Source: Hypanus sabinus (Eukaryota). Taken from it: a stretch of DNA of 64,000 bases. A program made the position numbers and the translations under genes. Within the stretch, counting starts at the first letter, position 1. Every line of letters begins with the position of its first letter. The DNA is taken from the NCBI RefSeq assembly GCF_030144855.1, contig NC_082714.1, positions 94,364,001-94,428,000 on the forward strand. The letters are read 5' to 3'. Shown in pieces: positions 51,257-61,741 of the stretch. Under the pieces are notes generated by a model that did not search any database, was not told the DNA's origin, and saw only the letters and a list, made by a program, of their open reading frames with translations.

Positions 51257-51859
51257 CTTACTCTTTTCCGTAGTTGCTGTTTGACCTGCCTAGCTCCTCC
51301 AGCATTTTGCGTGTCTCACCATGCTGTGATCGATGCTTTATTAATATAAAATCTATTATAAACGTCACGATATTATCTTACAGGATAAAGAAGCGATGAA
51401 AGCGTACTTCATAGATAGAACCTTTCCAAACACAGAAAATATCAATATGAAAAAATTAGATATATGCAAAATTAAAAGAGGAAAATAAAAGTCTGTGAAA
51501 CAGAAACAGGGTATACATTCTCCCAATAGTAATTTCTACAACTCAGTAATCCCACAGTCACTACAAGAGAGAATTAAACAATTAAGGCTACATAGCAATG
51601 TTTATATAAATCCTCAGACACTGGCAATACTAAATACCTCCAGAATAGTACGAGTGTTCCTAACAACTGAGAAATCAGTGTGCTTGGAGATGTCCACATC
51701 TCAGGTTATACCAGCTGGAGCAACGAAAAAAATGTGACAGTAACAATAATATAAACAAAATACACTGATAACGGGAACACGTTTTTCAGGATTTCAAACA
51801 CCCCGTCCGTCAGATCCTTACCCTCCGGTACTTGAGTGCCATTTGCCACATTCCCTGCC

Positions 51860-51897
51860 TCAACTACTTTTTGCGTTCTCTATTCTAAACCCATTGG
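51860..51897 (-). CDS. VJ-C1-TM receptor gene B, exon 5 (short cytoplasmic tail, stop)
   Basis: Acceptor AATTGCAG| after an 84-nt intron; phase-1 reading ANGFRIENAKSS*. An alternative reading is described in the findings. Confidence 0.5.
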
Positions 51898-51981
51898 CTG
51901 CAATTATACAGAACTTCGAAAAAGGAACGGCGGTAACTGTTAATAGTTGTATGGATATGCCCAAGAAGAGCGAATCCTCAC

Positions 51982-52071
51982 CTGATCTACGGTGTTTAGA
52001 GATCCAAATGAAAATGACGATAACTAGCAATCCAAGAAACCCAAGGCGGATCGCTGTGGGAAGACACCACC
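51982..52071 (-). CDS. VJ-C1-TM receptor gene B, exon 4 (transmembrane, with Cys and Arg)
   Basis: Acceptor TTTTCTCCAG|, donor TCAG|GTGAGG, 90 nt, phase 1-1. Reads GWCLPTAIRLGFLGLLVIVIFIWISKHRRS: a hydrophobic stretch followed by a basic stop-transfer segment. Confidence 0.85.
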
Positions 52072-52317
52072 CTGGAGAAAAGGAATTGTTGCTTGGTGAA
52101 ATCATAGCTTCCAAGAACATTGTATCCGGGCTTTCATTTGGTTGTAATGTGAATGATTCTAAGAAGATATGCACTAATTCTAAACAACAAGAGCAAAAAT
52201 GTAAACCAATTTCGTCCGAGTTGGTGCTGGATTCAGATTGTACAGGCAGTTACCATCAACACCCGTGATGTTCTAACACCTAAGGATAATATCAGTGGAT
52301 GTTATTTTAATTATATA

Positions 52318-52876
52318 CGAGGGGTGATTGATAGGTTCGTGGCCTAACACAGCCGGAGTCAATTTTAGAAAACTTAACACATTTATTTTTCAAAATGGTC
52401 CCCTCCTACATTTACAACTTTGTCCAGCGATCGTGGAGCATAGAGATCTTGGATCTGCAGAAAATGTCCACAGATAAGGATTGATAAGTTGGTGGCCTAA
52501 TGTAGAAGGAGTTGAGTTATACAGCTCCCGTTGCATGCCTATGCAGTTCAACACTTTGAGTGATTATGCAGAAAGTTTGAAGTTAATCATTCATCTCTTT
52601 CTTCCTTAGGACAGACACTTATCAATCACACCTGATAAGTCATTAACTGATGCCTTATTAACTTCAAACTTTCTGCATAATCACTCAAAGAGTTGAGCTG
52701 CAGGTGCAGGTAACAAGAGCTGTATAACTCATCTCTTTCTACCATCGGCCACCAACTTCTCTATCACCCCTGCTGTGGACACTTACTGGAGGTCTAAGTT
52801 CCATATGGTCCACGAACGCTGGACTAAGTGTGTAAATGTAGGAGGGGACTATGTTAAAAAAATAAAACGCTTGACT
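52318..52876. mobile_element. Mariner-derived palindromic MITE in the C1-TM intron
   Basis: Starts TA|CGAGGGGTGATTGATAG. Segments 52382-52587 and 52657-52866 are reverse complements with scattered mismatches. Confidence 0.75.
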
Positions 52877-53170
52877 TACATGGTGGCCCTGCCTATTTTC
52901 CGGATATCACTCCCAACCACACTGTGAGAACATCACGGGCATCAGAGAGCAAAAAAATGGTTTGCTTCAGCGACTCAAAGGGCTCTAGAGTTGGGCACCC
53001 AAAGATGGTATTGCTGGAGATAAGCAGATCCTTATCATAATAGTTGTTAGTGAACCGTCGGTGTAGAAGACACAGGAGAACAATTAGGCCGTTCGGCCAA
53101 TCGAGTCTGTGCCACCTTACCACCACAGATGAATAAGTATCAATAGTGTAAGAGCAAAACAACGCCCTAC

Positions 53171-53491
53171 CTTGATCTGTTTGAATGGTGAGATGGGAGA
53201 CGCTCATAGTCCTTGTCTTCCCCGCACCCCCCAGTTGTGCGATGCAGGTGCAGAGCCCACCGCTCCTCCAAGTTTCCTCTGGGACCATCACCTGACTTCT
53301 AACACTGTAGCTTTGATCTGGGTCAATCGTACCGGGATCGTTCCATCCTTCTGTGATCTGTCCGGATATGTTCCAGTAAATCAGAATGTGTTTGGAAGAA
53401 AGGCCGCCGACCAGACACACCAGGGGAACAGACCCGTTACTCACAGACGGTGGGACAAATACCTGCATGTAGGTCCGATTCGTGGAGCTGT
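53171..53491 (-). CDS. VJ-C1-TM receptor gene B, exon 3 (Ig C1-set domain)
   Basis: Acceptor CTCTCTCCAG|, donor CAAG|GTAGGG, 321 nt, phase 1-1, open. Reads DSSTNRTYMQVFVPPSVSNGSVPLVCLVGGLSSKHILIYWNISGQITEGWNDPGTIDPDQSYSVRSQVMVPEETWRSGGLCTCIAQLGGAGKTRTMSVSHLTIQTDQ, with the C1 hallmarks LVCLV, W, YS..S and W..G..C. Confidence 0.92.
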
Positions 53492-53573
53492 CTGGAGAGA
53501 GAATCGGACACAGTTACTGGAGTTTTAACCGAACTGCGTGGGTGATTATAATCCCACTGTCGTGTTCTCTTAC

Positions 53574-53897
53574 CTCCAACAAGGAGTGTAGGTCCTTTCA
53601 TAAGCGGTGGATAGCTATCCATCTCAGCACAGTAGTACAAACCCGAATCGTTCACCTGGACATTAGTGATTTCCAACACTGATGTGCGATGTCCGGAGCC
53701 TTTTTTGAAAGTAGTCCTACAACCGTTCTGTTCGCAGTCCGTGGATTTGATCGCTACCGGGGGTTCATCAGCACTGTGTTTGTACCAGAAAATATTGCTC
53801 CCGACCTCTAGTTGGTTCGTAAGTTCACAAGAGAGTTTAACCGTCTGTCCCACATCTGCAGTCTCTGCAGCCAGACCTGCAGGAAACGGCTTGCATT
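53574..53897 (-). CDS. VJ-C1-TM receptor gene B, exon 2 (germline VJ-type V domain)
   Basis: Acceptor GTGTTGCAG|, donor GGAG|GTAAGA, 324 nt, phase 1-1, open. Reads ECKPFPAGLAAETADVGQTVKLSCELTNQLEVGSNIFWYKH...SVLEITNVQVNDSGLYYCAEMDSYPPLMKGPTLLVG, with canonical C, W and DSGLYYC and a J-like G strand. Confidence 0.93.
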
Positions 53898-54360
53898 CTG
53901 CAACACCAATTATTATCAGCTAAATAAAATTATCCGGATTTGAACTAAGTAGAAAGTAAGCATGTTGCCTGCAGTTTAAAAATGCGCTGTAATTTTCGGT
54001 TGCATTTATTGGCTAAAAATAATTTGTCAATCTATCCACAGATTACCTTAATTTAAGAAGTTTGCCGGCCATTTCAGGCAGGGCTCGCTAAACATATTGT
54101 TTTAGGTTTGCAGTTACATAGGTGCAGAGCGCATCAATGCACCAGATGACCTTCACCAAACGAAAATGAGCGAGGCTCATAGAAACGGAATAAGAATATA
54201 TAAAATAGGTTTCGAATCAGCTTTAACGAGATTCTGGCTTTGTAATTTCGATTTATTTTATTCGCTGACGTTTATTTCCCCACCTGCACGGGATGTTTAA
54301 TGCACTGAAAAGCAAACTTGCTAGGGCACCTCTAACAGTTCCCAACCCCGACTCACTCAC

Positions 54361-54415
54361 CGTAAATACGAAACATCTGAACGGTAACGAACAGGAGTAA
54401 AAGCCTCATCAACAT
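54361..54415 (-). CDS. VJ-C1-TM receptor gene B, exon 1 (signal peptide)
   Basis: ATG at 54415, 55 nt, MLMRLLLLFVTVQMFRIY plus a phase-1 donor G|GTGAGT that splices in frame to exon 2. Confidence 0.85.
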
Positions 54416-54587
54416 TTGGTCTCAGGCCGGTAGTCGGCTGGCGCTGCGCTCGACTCCCAGGAGTCGGAGTGAGTTTAGTCATGACTCTCTGTAGCATCTC
54501 AGCTACAGTGGTCCCTACTCGGTGACGAGCTTCGGAGGCGGTCCCGCTACACCCAAATCGCGCCTTGCGCGGGTTACACTTGGTTAC

Positions 54588-54602
54588 TGCGTCAGTGCGT
54601 CA
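54588..54602 (-). promoter_or_regulatory. Tandem CRE-like sites (TGACGCA x2) in the CpG-rich region upstream of gene B
   Basis: TGCGTCA at 54588-54594 and 54596-54602, about 175-190 bp upstream of the ATG. Local CpG density is visibly higher than in the flanks. Confidence 0.35.
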
Positions 54603-55269
54603 CCAGGTCAAACGGCTATTTAGAATTATTCAGAAAGACTTCCAAAGAGAACGTGGTTTGAGCATGGTTTCTGGGATGTACACATCTGCATCTGTAACAA
54701 AACTAGAATTCACGTGCTCATGCCTAAATCCCCGCAGGAGTTGCAATGAGACGACGGTGTTTAGTTACTGCGGCCCCTCATAAAATTACTCATTGCTGTA
54801 CTGGGAGAATAAGTTCAGAACCACACTCTGACAGATATGCCAGCCATGGTAATTCAAGACTTGGAGGGAAACTTGCAGTAGCGTATCCCCGTCCCTGCTA
54901 CACTTGAACTGCTTGGCCAGTGAACGGAAAGAGCTGTTGGAGTTATCTGGGTGAGTAAATCAGTGAAAGCTGGTAAGGGTACTTTGAAATGGGTAACGCC
55001 GACTTCCCGTGTTCGGAACTGCAATATTAGAGGCCAACAGAGATCATTCCATTGAAATCGTGACCTGTGCTGAGAGAGAAATGGACTGCGATGTTGCAAA
55101 TTGTTTCTCGCTTTGGGATTCGCAACCTCTGACCTGGACTTGAAGTCACCATATTCCTGCAGCGAAAAGCGTTTACGATGAATAGTGATTTCCATAGCAT
55201 TGTACAATGCTTCGGCATTATAAGAAATTTGTCGGACAGCAGCTGGACTATTATGAGTAGCTTTAGGCA

Positions 55270-55680
55270 CTTTGTCTGAGGAAAGATCTGGAACTATAAT
55301 GTCAAGAGTTTAGAAAACTGGTGAGTTGGTTGGAATCCCATTTAAACATGTCAAATATTGAAAGGCCGAGAAAGAGTGGAGGTGCAAATGTCACTTCCAA
55401 TTGTAGGAGACACTAGCACCAGAGCACTCAGCCTCAGAAAAGCAAAACGTTTCTTTAGATCCGAGATAAGGTGGAATTTCTATGGCCAGGGTGTATTGAA
55501 CCTTTGGAACACTTTTCCACGGACTGTTGTGGAAGCCAAGCAACTGGGTATATTTAGAGTGAAGATTAATACTTTCATGATTAGTAAGGACCTGAATAGT
55601 ATTGGGATAAGGTAGAAACGGTTTTGAAAGGGAAATAAATCAGAAATGATGGAATGGTGGAGCAGGCCATTCTGAAGGGG
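55270..55680 (+). mobile_element. CR1-type LINE 3' fragment
   Basis: F..EIRWNF..Q.VLNLWNTFP..VVEAK.LGIF..KI. Confidence 0.7.
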
Positions 55681-57114
55681 ATTTTCAGTGCCCCGAAGTT
55701 ATATTTCTCCAGTGGTAAACGTCTGTTATTTTATTAAGGTTAGAGAGCTGTTTACATCAGGAGGCGCTGGTAAACCGGACGCAACATAGAGCACAGTATA
55801 TGAGATTAATTTCCACTGCAACCATGTCGGTTGCGGGACCTTGCAGTGCGTCACATAATATGAAGTTTAACAGGCTGAACTCTTTGCAGCAATGTCCAAG
55901 CTACAAAAACAGGAAACCACAAAGAGCTCTAGTTCGGTTATATTTTCCATCTCAAGCAGTAAATGGTGCTTTCCTGTTTGCAAGTATTTGAAGCTTCTGA
56001 ATATGAGATAGGTGCATTGCAAGTGACTCACACTGTGAGTTTCACGGTAGCAGTTCACTGTGTATATCTGATGACAGGACGTAGTATTGCCTTTGATTCA
56101 GGGACCGATTCTGTTCCCTGTTACTGAAAGTCAAATACTCCTGAGCACCGATTCGGCCTTGGCACAACATAGGTATTTCGGCCCAAAACCAGCTGTTGCA
56201 TTTTAAAATGAAAAGTAAATCTATTTCACTCTTTGCCCCTCATCTCAGAGTCATGAGTCCCAAGGAAAGGACTCGATCCGAGATGGTAAAAGTGTATTCT
56301 TCTCCAAATAATCTGTCTCAGTTCTGAGTTTTTTTTTCAGATTTTTGTGTCTGTACTCTGAAGTGAACTTCCTCTCATAAGGGCGTCTTCAAAACATCTA
56401 CAGCGCGGATGATACATTTGGCCGCTTTTCTACCCAATGGCGACTCTTCTTCTACTTCTTCTTCGTCTTTTCCTTCTTCAGCCCTACTATATCATAGGCC
56501 ACTGAGAGCATCTTTCCAGTATCTTCTGTCAAGTGGCAGTCTTTCAAACTGTCCCCAGATGCAGCCCATCTTCGAAAATCCTTGCTGTCCGAGGGACGTG
56601 GCTTTTAGAGCCTCTGTTGGCGTTTTTGAGGAGAGAGATTTTTACGGGTTGGAGTTGCTAAACCCATGCATATGCCTCACTATTTCTCAAACGCATGCGG
56701 GATCGTCCATCTATAAGATCTACCAGTGCTTCTGTTCTGCAGTAACACGCTGTGACCTCTCTCCATCTCACACATCATCTACTTCCGTTTCTTCTCCTCT
56801 CCTGTCTTAAATCAGCTTCTTCTGTTCACCATCTCCAGCGAGGTCCGCATTCTTCTCACTCTCATAGTGCTTTTTTTCACGATTACCACCGTCGATTTAT
56901 TAGGGATTATGCTTATGAGCTCCCTCCCCCCACCCCGATCCTGCAGTCAGTCAATAGTCTCATTCCAGTCAAAAACATACGACATTCAAAAGATAATGGA
57001 AATCTGGAGCAACGCACTCTAATGCTAGAGGAACTCAGACAGGCAGCGTCTATGGCCCGAAACATCGACTGCCGTTTCCCCTCATAATACACTGCTTGCC
57101 CTTCTGAATTTCTT

Positions 57115-57158
57115 GTGTGCGCGCGCGCGTGTGTGTGTGTGTGTGTATGTGTGTGTGT
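57115..57158. repeat. (GC)n(GT)n alternating purine-pyrimidine tract
   Basis: GTGTGCGCGCGCGCGTGTGTGT..., direct reading. Confidence 0.85.
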
Positions 57159-57565
57159 CTTGCCATACCCCATCAAACGGACTCACTATCTAAGCCTCCA
57201 CTTTCCAGTTTTTGTCATTTTTTGTTATTCAGTTATTCAACTGTGTCCGAATTCTGCCCAAGTAAAGCTCTTATGACGATACTTTCCCTAAAATCCACAA
57301 TATTGTGCCAATTAGAACAGGAGAGCGTCATTCAAATAGATGCAACTTTCTGATCTTTATTGAATCGGTTTTTTTTTTGTGGAGAGGTGGAGGAATGATG
57401 TGTATCGTCCAAGTGGCAGACACCTTGGGATCGAAACATTATCAGCAATTCATTCCTTTGCTCCGTACCAGTTTCTAATGACGTCGGCATTTAACTCCCT
57501 TAGACTGCATCTCATCTCAGATACAGAATTCATTTGCAATTACTTTTAGTACGTTAGTTTTCATA

Positions 57566-57615
57566 CACGGAGTGGCCACTTTATTAGGTGTACCTGGTAA
57601 AATGGCCGCTCAGTG
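57566..57615. mobile_element. 50-bp minimal Tc1-type element consisting almost only of two terminal inverted repeats
   Basis: TA|CACGGAGTGGCCACTTTATTAGG-TGTA-CCTGGTAAAATGGCCGCTCAGTG|TG: imperfect inverted arms around a 4-nt spacer. Confidence 0.65.
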
Positions 57616-59977
57616 TGTGCGTTCTGAAACACTTTTCTGCACTGTTGTAATGAGAGGTAATTTGAGTTGTTTCCACATCCTTGTTAACTTGTACCATTCA
57701 CGCTGTTTTCCTCCGACCTCTCTCATTAATGTGTCCGTAGAATTGCTGGTCACTCGATGATTTTCTTTGTTTTTCTTACCATTTTCTGTAAACTCGAAAG
57801 ACTGTATCGCATGAAAATCTGAGGAGAATAGCAGTTTCAGAGCTAATCAAACCAAATGTTTGAGACCAAATATCATTCCAGAGTCAACGTCACTTCGATA
57901 ACATATCTTACTCATTCTGATATTTGGTATGAATTACAATTAAACATCTTGACCATGTTTGCATACTTTTATGCATTGAATTCATACCACGTGATTAACT
58001 GATTACCTATTTGCACTGACGAACTGATGTGCAGATATGGTAGCCAATGAGTGCCGCTGGAGTGAATTCACTTGGAGTACTATATTCAGTTTTAGTTGTC
58101 TTGCGATAGGAAAGATGATATTAAACAAGGAAGAGTGCACTAAATGTTGACAAGGATGCTAGATCTTCCGGGCGAGTTTCAGGGTTACTTTAGACAGACC
58201 AGGATCTCATTCCTTAGAACACGGGAGACTTCGAAGTTTCTTTTATCCCGCAAGAAATTGAGAGCAGAGGTGTTCAGAAAAGGGGAAAGAGGTGGGGGAC
58301 TCCAGTGACAACTTTTTTTTCTACAAAAAGTGTGGTTCCTCTGTGAAGTTGTTTGAGATGGCTGCAAGGAGAACATTTAAATGACGATAAATTTAAATAT
58401 ATAGGGAATGTTTAGAAGGATACGGCCCAAACATAGGCGGGTGGAACATGCCTGGATGGGCCATCTCGATCAGCATGGACCAGTTGGACTGAAAGACTTG
58501 TTTCAGTGCTGTGTGATTCTGTGATTCTATGACCCTCCTCATTTGATACCTGTTTATATAGTCCGCTGTGGTTTTTAATATTACCGATGCGAGGTGGTTT
58601 GGTTTTGTTGACAACTTCCATACATCTATTCTGATAATATGGGCCACGATGTGAAGAGGCGGTCCAGCATTTCCTTAACGCCTCGTATGCCCTAAATGTT
58701 GCCCAGAGACTTATCTTTCCTCTCGCTTTTTCTCAGAGGTGCCTGTCAAAGACAAAATCATAATTCTTTTCATCTTGTACCTGTTCTTGACAAATTTGAG
58801 ATAGATCGTAGCAATCTACCGGGAAGACCCAGAGACAAAGCGCCGATCATTCAAATTGCAATAAGAAATTTATACAGCTATAAAATAAATAATGCAAACA
58901 GAAAGCAAAATGGTGAGGTAACATTCATGGGCTCCTGACCAATTCGGAGCCACCGCAAAGATTTGTTGGAAGATTCAGCTTTCATTCAACTCTATTTCGG
59001 TGAGTGTGGGCTTCTCCTATTTATTCTCTCCTCGTTGGATGAAACCCATATCCCACTAATTAATTGAGCCATATTGTGCTGTGCCTGATGGATGGGTTTT
59101 CTTCTCTAAGAAAGGAAGCCAGGGTTGACAGGTCAGTCCAACCAAAGGAGACCGAGTACACGGGCCTAATTAGGCGACAGTACAGAATGAGCTCAGTGAA
59201 AAGAGAGCATCCTGAGGGACAGTCATGAGAAGGCTCATCAAGACAAAAGATTGCGGGAGCGCCTGGGACTAGAGTCACACCACAGGAAAAGAACTCGGCC
59301 AATTTAAGATGAGAAGGATGCCTTCTTCATTTGGGAAAGGCCGCGAATCTCTGTATTTCCCTAACCCTCGAATTGGTGTTTAGTCGATGAATATATTTTT
59401 GAAGGAGTCAGTTGTCTTACTCACCGAGAGGGTGCAGGACGAACTCGCAAGGAAGGATGATGGTAGTTGGGGATCCTATTATTGCAGTACAGATTCGAGG
59501 GAGCGAACTGTGTACTCCTGCTCTTCCAGGTGTCAGTCGAGTTAATCCCATGCAAATGATAGTTCATAGGCGCTAACAGCCAGGTGCCAGCCTACCGCTA
59601 TCGGCAGGGCCACATGCAGCAGACCTCGTTATCTCCTAGTCAGGACCAGGACACCCTTTGTTTAGCCACAGTCACTGAAATTGCTGCTGTGATTTGCTTG
59701 TATGTGAAACGATTCATCTGGCACGGTCACTAGGTCCCGCTGAGGAGGAGGTGGGGTTCGGTTGTGGTGGTGTGGGGAGATGGGCGTGAAAGGTGAACAC
59801 TTTGCAGAGCAATCTGGTCTTCCTTTGAGGAAGTGCAACTACGGGAAGACGCCGAAGCTCAAACTGTTTCCGAAGTATCTGTTTCACATTTTGGAATTTG
59901 CTATTTTTCATGCGATAAATTTACATAATTTTAAACTTTCCATTTGATTCCAATTCTGAAATTCTGAGAGTGCAAGC

Positions 59978-60107
59978 NNNNNNNNNNNNNNNNNNNNNNN
60001 NNNNNNNNNNNNNNNNNNNNNNNNNNNNNNNNNNNNNNNNNNNNNNNNNNNNNNNNNNNNNNNNNNNNNNNNNNNNNNNNNNNNNNNNNNNNNNNNNNNN
60101 NNNNNNN
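59978..60107. other. Assembly gap (N run)
   Basis: Direct reading. Confidence 1.
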
Positions 60108-60109
60108 GA

Positions 60110-61620
60110 GCCCGGTAATATAGAATATGATGTACAACATCGGAATGCTATGCTAAATTAAACTAATTCCTCTTTATTGTACGTGATCCATATCCGCCCA
60201 TCGTTGCGAATCTATGTCCATCTCAAAGGCCTAAACATCAATATCCGACTTCTACCCTCAAATGTAGCAGACTTTTCAGGCACCTACTGCTCTCTGTGTA
60301 GACAATGCACCCATCATGTTTTTCCTTTAAACAATTCCCTCTAATCTTAAAGCCAGGCACTCCAGTATATGATATTCCTATCATGCAATCTATTTTGTGT
60401 GCCTGCTCTTTCTGTTCCCCTCATAGATGTTTAAAGTTTGATCATCCGATTCGTCCACCATCCATTCTCCAGAGAAAACAGACCAAATTTGTCAATCCTC
60501 TCTTTATATTTAATGCAATCTAATCCTGCTATCATTTTACCACATCTTTTCTGCACCTCCCCCAATGCCTCAATGGGGTGACCTGAATTGCACGCGAACT
60601 GCCGCTTAACCAGACTTATGCAGCTACGACCCGACTTCCAAGCTCTTATACTCAGTACCACAACGGATGAAAACAAATACGCTTCCTTTACCACTCTGTC
60701 GACTTGTTTTGCTAATTTCAGGGAACTATACCTGTTTTGCACCCTCTATCTTTAGACTGCCCAGACATAGGTAACGGGCTCCGTCTCTCCACCCTGTCGG
60801 TTCATAAAGTATCTTGTCTTTCAATGTGATACAATCTCCTTTTATCGAACGACAGAGAACAGATCATTCAATCTCTCCTCATCTCTTATTCTGGGACAGT
60901 TAGGTTGCAATCTTTCTCTGACGAGTTTCAGATTGTTTGAGACAAGAGCCAAAGTGCTTATTGTACCAGGTATTGACCCTCAAAAGTCTGTACAGGCGCC
61001 TTTTCGTGCTTGCTTGCAAGAAGTGGATCGAGATTTTCAATTAAATAAATAGACACCGATACTGGTCCACGCACCCGCCGTTGTGAAGTCCACACATTTC
61101 TTTGTGATAATCTCACTGAGATTCAGGTTGTCTTCTGTATTAATGACCCTACTATTGGAAAGATTACATTAAGTTGGGGAGCGTGCAGTAAATATGTAGA
61201 TCATAAGGTATCGGTGGAGAATTAGGCCATTTGCCCCATCGAGTTTGTTCCGCCATTTTATCATCACTGATGCAATTTTCCTCAGCCTCTATCTACAGCA
61301 TTCTGCCCGTATCAATGCATGCCCTGATCATTCAAGTACCCTTAAATATACATACAGCACATAGAGACTTAGCCTCCACCGCTGCCTGTAGCGAACAATT
61401 CCACAGATTCACCACCTCTGGCAAAAGAAGTGCCTTCTCATATCCGTCCTACAAGGAAACCACTTTATTCTGACGCTATGTCTTCTGATCCTAAACTCTC
61501 CCACATTGGAAACATCCTCTCTACATTCACTCTACCAAGGCATTTTGGCTTCATTGAGGTCACACCTCATTCTTATGAATTCCAGTCAATAAAGACCCAG
61601 AGCAATCGAAAGTCATTCAT
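60110..61620 (-). mobile_element. Two CR1-type LINE 3' fragments (60110-60780 and 61190-61620)
   Basis: Degraded LVKRQ...C..SGHP....EVQKR...MI.GL..I.YKERIDK.GLFSLE motif and typical 3' tails. Confidence 0.65.
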
Positions 61621-61741
61621 ATAACAAATATTCAAGTTGGTGAAGAAGCCTTGTGACACGACGGCCTGCACTAGCCAAGGAACTCAATTTCGTTTTCTGT
61701 TGATTTCACGTAACCAGTGGTTTCATTGTGCATTACTGCAG

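Noticed and set aside
54854-55270. 138-aa minus-strand ORF ending GTGIRYCKF, like a V-domain F strand
   Set aside because: Lacks the B-strand Cys and C-strand Trp spacing, and has no J strand or splice sites.
58927-58999. ATG-to-GTGAGT segment as the displaced leader of light-chain cluster 2
   Set aside because: Internal stop, not hydrophobic, and no similarity to the cluster 1 leader.
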